This document shows, piece after piece, positions 58,455 to 64,000 of a DNA stretch of 64,000 bases. The stretch spans positions 160,001-224,000 of the forward strand of contig JAHPZJ010000030.1 of the NCBI GenBank assembly GCA_019058245.1. The letters are read 5' to 3'. Below the pieces are notes generated by a model. That model was not told the DNA's origin, searched no databases, and saw only the letters and a program-made list of their open reading frames with translations. The DNA comes from Promethearchaeota archaeon (lineage in GTDB: Archaea > Asgardarchaeota > Lokiarchaeia > Sigyniarchaeales > SOKP01). Positions within the stretch are counted from its first letter, which is position 1. The number at the start of each line of letters is the position of its first letter. A program made the translations under genes and the position numbers.

Positions 58455-61043
58455 ATGTTTATTTATTTAGAGAATTTAGAAGAAACGGAAAATGATAATA
58501 AAGAATTACTTTTAATTCCAAAACCTCGCTATTTTAGATTGAAAAATGTTAAAAAATGGAAAATTACAGAAAATTCAATACTATATACGGATTTGGATCG
58601 TGAATATTTCTTTATTATTGAGCAATTCCAAGAAAAGTTGAATTTTTTTGGATTTAGAAAAGAGTTAGAAATCAATCATGTAAATAATTTTAATCAATTA
58701 CCAAAAATCAAATCAATTAAAGATACAGTTTATTCCAATTTTCCTGATGGTTTTTATAACAAAATCTTAGATGAAAAAAATTATATAGAACAAGGTTATA
58801 TCTTAATTTCCAATAATTCTACAATCTATATAGAAGCACCATCTTATCAAGGAATATTCTATGGATTCCAAACTTTGATGCAGTCATTAAATTCAAGTCA
58901 AAATAAATTATCCATAGCTGAAATCAATATAATTGATTTTCCTCTATTAAAGATTAGAGGGATCTCTGATGATATTTCAAGAGGTCAATCACCTACAATT
59001 GATAATTTAAAAAAGTTCATCAAAGAATTAAGCTATTATAAAATAAATCAATATTATTTAGCCTTCATAAATGATATGTTTAAATTTTCAAATTATCCTG
59101 AAATTGGGATAAACATAGGTAGATACTCAAAAGAGGATATATTAGAATTGCAGGAGTTTGCTAATAAATGTTTTATACAGTTGATTCCTATTTTTCAGAC
59201 TGTAAGTAATTGGGATAACATTTTACATCATCCTGATTATTGGAAATATGGAGAATTTCCTGGTTCGGATAGTTTAAATTTAAGTAATGATAAGATCTAT
59301 GAACTTTTGGATGGAATGATTGGGGAGTTAAGTACAACCTTTAAATCAGAATATTTTCATATTGGAGGAGATGAAAGTTTAGATGTTGGAAAATTAGCTT
59401 CAAATAATTTAATAAAAATAATAGGTATTGGGCAAGTATATCTAAATCACTATAAAAAAGTATATGAAATTGTGAAAAAACATGGATATAAAAAGGTGAT
59501 TATCTATCATGATACTCTCTATAAATATAAAGAACTTATTGAAGGTTTGCCAAAGGACATAATAATAAATTATTACAATTACAAATTTAAAAATGAGTAT
59601 CCAGAATTAAAGAAAATTAAGAATTATGGTTTTCCAATAATAGTGAGCCCCTCTATCATCGATTATAATCGAATATTTCCCACTATTGATAAATATGAGA
59701 AAAATATAGTTAATTTAATTAAAAGTGGTTATGATAATGGAGCAATTGGGGAAATTACATCGAGTTGGGGTGATTATCGGAATAAGGAGATTAGAGAAAA
59801 CCGATTTTATGGTTTTATATATTCTGCGATGGTGGGATGGGATCCAGTAAAAGAAATTAATATTCTATATTTTTGGAAGAGTTTATTTTTACATTTTTTT
59901 GGAATATTCGACCCTAAATTAATTAAGGTTTTTAGTATTTTTCGCTCAATACAAGAAAAGCGTCAATTACATATTCGTCCTACTACTTATTATAATCATT
60001 TTTTTGCCCACCCTTTTTCAAAGAATACTACAAGGCATTATAGAAGGATAAAAACTACAAAATTTGAAAAATTAATATCAAATTTGAACGATATTATTAA
60101 AATTTGTGAAGAGCTAGAGGACAAAGTCCTTAAAAATAAAATTAACATCCGAAATTTAGCATTTGTTTTAAAACACATTGTCATCTTCTGTGAAAAAAGA
60201 TTAAGTACAAAACTTTTTATAAAGTTGAAATTTTTTAGTGAGAAAAACAAAAAACAAAAAATCATTGATATTAATGAATTTATTACTAAATTGAATTTAT
60301 TGATAAATGAATATGAGTGCTTATGGTTATCATGTGCAAAAAAGGAAGGTTTGGAACCTGTAAAAACTTTATATTGGTGGTTAATAAAATTTTATGAAGA
60401 TAAAATTAAAGATATACAAAATAGTAAAATTTGGATAGATCCTAATATCCCAAGTGAGTCAATATATTTAGATAAGGAAACTCTACATAGTGCTCATACT
60501 ACTTATTATACGAAAACAGTAAATATTGAAGGAGAGATAAAGAATGCATATTTACAAGTAATTGCGGGTACATATGCTAAAATTTTCGTAAATGAAACCT
60601 ATATTGGTCATATAATTACGAGACATTCACTTAATGTTGTTGTGAATGATAAAAATATTCAAATTTTTGATATAAAGAAATACCTTAATCGAGGGAAAAA
60701 TGAAATTAAGATTGAAAATTCTGATTTTATAGGAGGGATTGGCCCTATTAATGTTTATGGTGAAATTGAATTAGTAGATAACCAGAGGATTAAATTAAAA
60801 ACGGATAAATCATGGTTGGCTAAGAGAGAAGAAAGTGAAGATTGGAGGAATGTAAAGAGCCTCGGTAGACCTCCTAAAATTACAGGAGGATTATATTATC
60901 CTGATTTTAAAAACTCTCTGCCATCGAGAGAAAATCATGTTTTAGCAAATTTCAATTCACTTGTAAGTAGAAAATCGAAAAAATCATTTTGGTTACTAAA
61001 ATTAGTATTTAAACTATTCAATCGATATAGTATTATAGAATAG
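58455..61043 (+). CDS. Glycoside hydrolase family 20 (beta-N-acetylhexosaminidase-like) with a C-terminal beta-sandwich
   Basis: LIPKPR, G.FYG.QTL, I.DFP....RG...DISRG, FHIGGDE, WGD. Confidence 0.88.
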   Translation: MFIYLENLEETENDNKELLLIPKPRYFRLKNVKKWKITENSILYTDLDREYFFIIEQFQEKLNFFGFRKELEINHVNNFNQLPKIKSIKDTVYSNFPDGFYNKILDEKNYIEQGYILISNNSTIYIEAPSYQGIFYGFQTLMQSLNSSQNKLSIAEINIIDFPLLKIRGISDDISRGQSPTIDNLKKFIKELSYYKINQYYLAFINDMFKFSNYPEIGINIGRYSKEDILELQEFANKCFIQLIPIFQTVSNWDNILHHPDYWKYGEFPGSDSLNLSNDKIYELLDGMIGELSTTFKSEYFHIGGDESLDVGKLASNNLIKIIGIGQVYLNHYKKVYEIVKKHGYKKVIIYHDTLYKYKELIEGLPKDIIINYYNYKFKNEYPELKKIKNYGFPIIVSPSIIDYNRIFPTIDKYEKNIVNLIKSGYDNGAIGEITSSWGDYRNKEIRENRFYGFIYSAMVGWDPVKEINILYFWKSLFLHFFGIFDPKLIKVFSIFRSIQEKRQLHIRPTTYYNHFFAHPFSKNTTRHYRRIKTTKFEKLISNLNDIIKICEELEDKVLKNKINIRNLAFVLKHIVIFCEKRLSTKLFIKLKFFSEKNKKQKIIDINEFITKLNLLINEYECLWLSCAKKEGLEPVKTLYWWLIKFYEDKIKDIQNSKIWIDPNIPSESIYLDKETLHSAHTTYYTKTVNIEGEIKNAYLQVIAGTYAKIFVNETYIGHIITRHSLNVVVNDKNIQIFDIKKYLNRGKNEIKIENSDFIGGIGPINVYGEIELVDNQRIKLKTDKSWLAKREESEDWRNVKSLGRPPKITGGLYYPDFKNSLPSRENHVLANFNSLVSRKSKKSFWLLKLVFKLFNRYSIIE

Positions 61044-61122
61044 GTATGGACATGTAAGTTCCAATTATAATATTAAAGTTTATATAATTTTATCTAATAG
61101 TTATTTTAATAACTAATAATTA

Positions 61123-61683
61123 ATGGATCAAAAAATGAGTAATCAAGGACAAGAAAAAATTAATGTAAGAGATTGGATTACCCTAAGCACCGTAATGATA
61201 GGAGCAGTATTAACAATCCTAGCTTTAATTTGGCAAGTACCACCTCCTACGGGTAATGGAATAGTTACTAGTACCTTTTTATTAATGGTATCATTCATTT
61301 TTTTTGTAAACTCTGTATCTACAAATTCTAAAGCTCAATTTGAAGTTAATCAAGGAAAATCCTCTGAAGAACGTATTCAACGTTTTGTAACTTTTGCTGA
61401 ATACTCTTTTGGCTTAGGATTCACTCTTGTCATTACGGGTTTTGCAATTCTTGGCTATGAATATTTGTTAGGCTATGTTGGTCGTGAATTGGCCACATTA
61501 TTACTCCCAATTACGTTTTTAGTAACAACTTGGGCAATTATATTTATATATAATCTAATAAATTATTTTGGTAAACCCCTTGGAGCATTAAGAAGCTTAA
61601 AGCGCAATCTCTGGATGTTTTTAGAACTATTTTGCTTGGTAATTATTATATCAGACTTCTTTGAGGTTCTCTTAATTCCATAA
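61123..61683 (+). CDS. Hypothetical membrane protein (about 5 TM)
   Basis: Hydrophobic segments; no recognisable motif. Confidence 0.75.
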   Translation: MDQKMSNQGQEKINVRDWITLSTVMIGAVLTILALIWQVPPPTGNGIVTSTFLLMVSFIFFVNSVSTNSKAQFEVNQGKSSEERIQRFVTFAEYSFGLGFTLVITGFAILGYEYLLGYVGRELATLLLPITFLVTTWAIIFIYNLINYFGKPLGALRSLKRNLWMFLELFCLVIIISDFFEVLLIP

Positions 61684-61696
61684 ACCTTCTTTTTTT

Positions 61697-64000
61697 TTAA
61701 ATAAAGCATGACATATCTTTCTGAATAGACTTCTTATTATAATCAGGTGTCAGTAATTCCTCAAGTTCAGGAAACTCAAAAGGGAACATGTTTTCAAAAG
61801 CTCTTTTCAATAGTTCGACATATTTCTTTCTATCATATTCATGCTTTTTATCGTCGTAGAGATCTGAAAGGATAACTTTTTTTTCAGGAAAATTTGGATT
61901 AGCATCAGCGTTAAGAATTATATATCTCACATTTATTCCTGCAGATGCTACTACACCTGATCTTTCTAGTTGTCTGGCAGCAACAGCTTGGAAGCTATTT
62001 ACTTTATATTGATTTGGACTTCGAGAGATTTTCTGCTTAATCGTTAACTCATCACGAGATACTTTCCCGGAGTACACTCTCTCCACATATTCGTAAAGTT
62101 TTTTTTTGGCTTTTGGAATCCTTTCAATAAACTGAGCAACAGTATGTGAACCTTGAAATATATTAATAAATGCATATTGTGCATCTTTCACTATTTTTGG
62201 CATATCTCTCCGCCTTACTTCGATGCCTCTCACCTTTATTTCACCATCACTTTTTATCCCCCAATAATGACTAAGGGCTGGAACATCTGGTTCTGCTCGG
62301 GAAGGTAGGAAAGTGATAACATTATATCTTCCCTCCCAATGCATAGGAATACTAGTACTATCAGATATTTCATTTGCAATTTCCTTTGTTATTTTCTCAA
62401 ATTCTTCTGGAGTTCTTCCTTTTGTATCTTGAAGCCACATTGAATCAACAATTCCATGGATTACTTTACAACCATATTTTTTTGCAATCTCTGCCGATCT
62501 CAATAAAAACTCACGAGCAAAAGCACAAACTGTTTGATGTGCCTCAATCTTGCCAAAACGAGCATTCTTAAATCCTAAATATCCAAAGCTTACTACAAGC
62601 ACCCACTTTAATGCAATATCCGTGAATTTGTATCGAAGATCATCATGTGTCTTGTTATATTCTTTGCACTCTAAACGTTTTTTCAACGGTAGGCTAATTG
62701 ATTTTGAAATAATACCCTCACGTTTAGTACATATATGGAAATTGGTTCCTGGTACTTTAATTCCCGTACCATCATTTTTACAGCATTTACAGTTAATTGT
62801 CTCCGAAGAAATGTTAAAATTTGCCATTAATGAGGGATACATCGAAGAAAAATCTAATTCTACAACTTGATCAAAGACTCCGATTAATGGTTCAAATATA
62901 TGACCTCCTCGATCATTTGTAATTAAATCCATACCACTTCGAAAACCTTCGGGGCTCTTCTTGAAAGGTGGGATAAGATGATCGAGTTTATATGCATTAT
63001 AATATTGAATTGATTGCAAAGCACCCCCAATTGTTATTCTACATAATCTTTGCATTGGTACTCGAGACACTCTTGCAACTTCAATAACTCCAGGTATATT
63101 ACCCTCACTAAAATGTAGACTGCCATAGGTAGTAGTATCTAAATGAAAGCGTCCTGTAAAATAGACTTGTGTTTTAGAACGTCGCATTATTATTCCATAT
63201 GACATATAATGATCTGAATTTCCTGATAGATTAAAGATGCAGTTTTTTAGTGGTGTTTTTGTGCGAGAAAAATAGAGATCATTTGAAACTCGATTTACTG
63301 ATGCTCGAGCAGCTAAGTAAGGAAATAAAAATTCATCTCCTCCATGTGTTAATATGATATCAGGATCCAATCGCTCAATTACCTTACTAATAGTCTTGAT
63401 GGTTTCAGCTTCATCAGCTTTATCGATTAAAATCTTTTTTTTTCTCAACCCATCTGCTCTAGGGATGTTAGCATTTTCATCTTTTTCAATAATACTTACT
63501 TCTGCGTATGCCAGAGGGTCGTTATAATATGATCTCATTCCGCGCTGCTCTATTTTAATATCAAGCCATATAGCTTTTAAAGGAGGTAACTCATAAAACA
63601 ATTCTTCGTTGTTATCTTTTAACTCTAATGACTGTAGACGCATTGAGTAAAAGCCAGTTTTTTTATTATCCTCAAACTTGACCTTAAAATTGCAAAGAGA
63701 CATTGGAAATAGATCATTTATGTAAAAATACATCTGAGAGATTGGAAGATCCGTGTTATACAAAGTAAACAAGTCAATCTTTTCGATTTCTTCGATTGTC
63801 TTCTTAAATACAGATGGTTTTACTACAGAAACTCCAAAAATTTTTGTTTTTTCATGATCTTCGAGTTTCACATATTTTTCACAGATTCTAACAGACATCA
63901 CATTGTCATGTGATCTAAGAATTTGTTTGAATCTTTTGAAGTCTTTACCAACATGTTGTTTTGGAACTGCGAAAAATTCAGGATGAAAGTCATGGTAAAT
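61697..64000 (-). CDS. polB2: Family B DNA polymerase, PolB2-type; 5' end lies beyond the window
   Basis: DFSSMYPS, KW.LV.SFGYLG, HGIVDS in place of YGDTDS, KVRGIE.RR; frame is open from 63901 to the window end (IYHDFHPEFFAVP...). Confidence 0.88.
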   Translation of the reverse strand: MYHDFHPEFFAVPKQHVGKDFKRFKQILRSHDNVMSVRICEKYVKLEDHEKTKIFGVSVVKPSVFKKTIEEIEKIDLFTLYNTDLPISQMYFYINDLFPMSLCNFKVKFEDNKKTGFYSMRLQSLELKDNNEELFYELPPLKAIWLDIKIEQRGMRSYYNDPLAYAEVSIIEKDENANIPRADGLRKKKILIDKADEAETIKTISKVIERLDPDIILTHGGDEFLFPYLAARASVNRVSNDLYFSRTKTPLKNCIFNLSGNSDHYMSYGIIMRRSKTQVYFTGRFHLDTTTYGSLHFSEGNIPGVIEVARVSRVPMQRLCRITIGGALQSIQYYNAYKLDHLIPPFKKSPEGFRSGMDLITNDRGGHIFEPLIGVFDQVVELDFSSMYPSLMANFNISSETINCKCCKNDGTGIKVPGTNFHICTKREGIISKSISLPLKKRLECKEYNKTHDDLRYKFTDIALKWVLVVSFGYLGFKNARFGKIEAHQTVCAFAREFLLRSAEIAKKYGCKVIHGIVDSMWLQDTKGRTPEEFEKITKEIANEISDSTSIPMHWEGRYNVITFLPSRAEPDVPALSHYWGIKSDGEIKVRGIEVRRRDMPKIVKDAQYAFINIFQGSHTVAQFIERIPKAKKKLYEYVERVYSGKVSRDELTIKQKISRSPNQYKVNSFQAVAARQLERSGVVASAGINVRYIILNADANPNFPEKKVILSDLYDDKKHEYDRKKYVELLKRAFENMFPFEFPELEELLTPDYNKKSIQKDMSCFI

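Noticed and set aside
3209-62870. Many 60-165-aa ORFs nested in or antisense to larger genes
   Set aside because: They lie within confidently assigned CDSs and have no independent RBS or motif

Overview
This is an AT-rich archaeal chromosomal window, most likely from an Asgard archaeon of the Lokiarchaeia/Promethearchaeia group. That assignment is an inference from a tetraether synthase, PolB1- and PolB2-type polymerases, an intron-containing tRNA with a BHB motif, an IPG-TM-basic C-terminal sorting signal and duplicated acyl-CoA ligases. The window holds lipid and NAD genes (alpha/beta hydrolase, TetR, SDR, pncB, two acyl-CoA ligases, Tes with a CTP-dependent lipid kinase-like gene) and two family-B DNA polymerases. 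tRNA-Thr(UGU) carries a non-canonical 32/33 intron. A ~15-kb phosphorus cluster contains an alkaline-phosphatase-superfamily enzyme, an uncharacterised ABC importer, DUF47, pstS, a pstC-pstA fusion, pstB, phoU and an AbrB-PhoU regulator. Further along are an MFS transporter, a DapL-like aminotransferase, a 2866-aa all-membrane protein, a Liv-type ABC operon with a HEAT-repeat gene, an aldo-keto reductase, PadR with a radical SAM gene, and a GH20 enzyme. No CRISPR, rRNA or transposase was seen. Best leads: (1) the giant protein with roughly 85-90 hydrophobic segments and internal 4-TM repeats; (2) the ABC importer, whose two ATPases carry complementary degenerate motifs that all map to one composite ATP site and whose promoter shares a motif with the pst genes; (3) an unannotated small gene behind a ~230-nt multi-stem 5' leader, divergent from the giant gene; (4) a stand-alone protein built from two copies of the Tes N-terminal metal-binding module.
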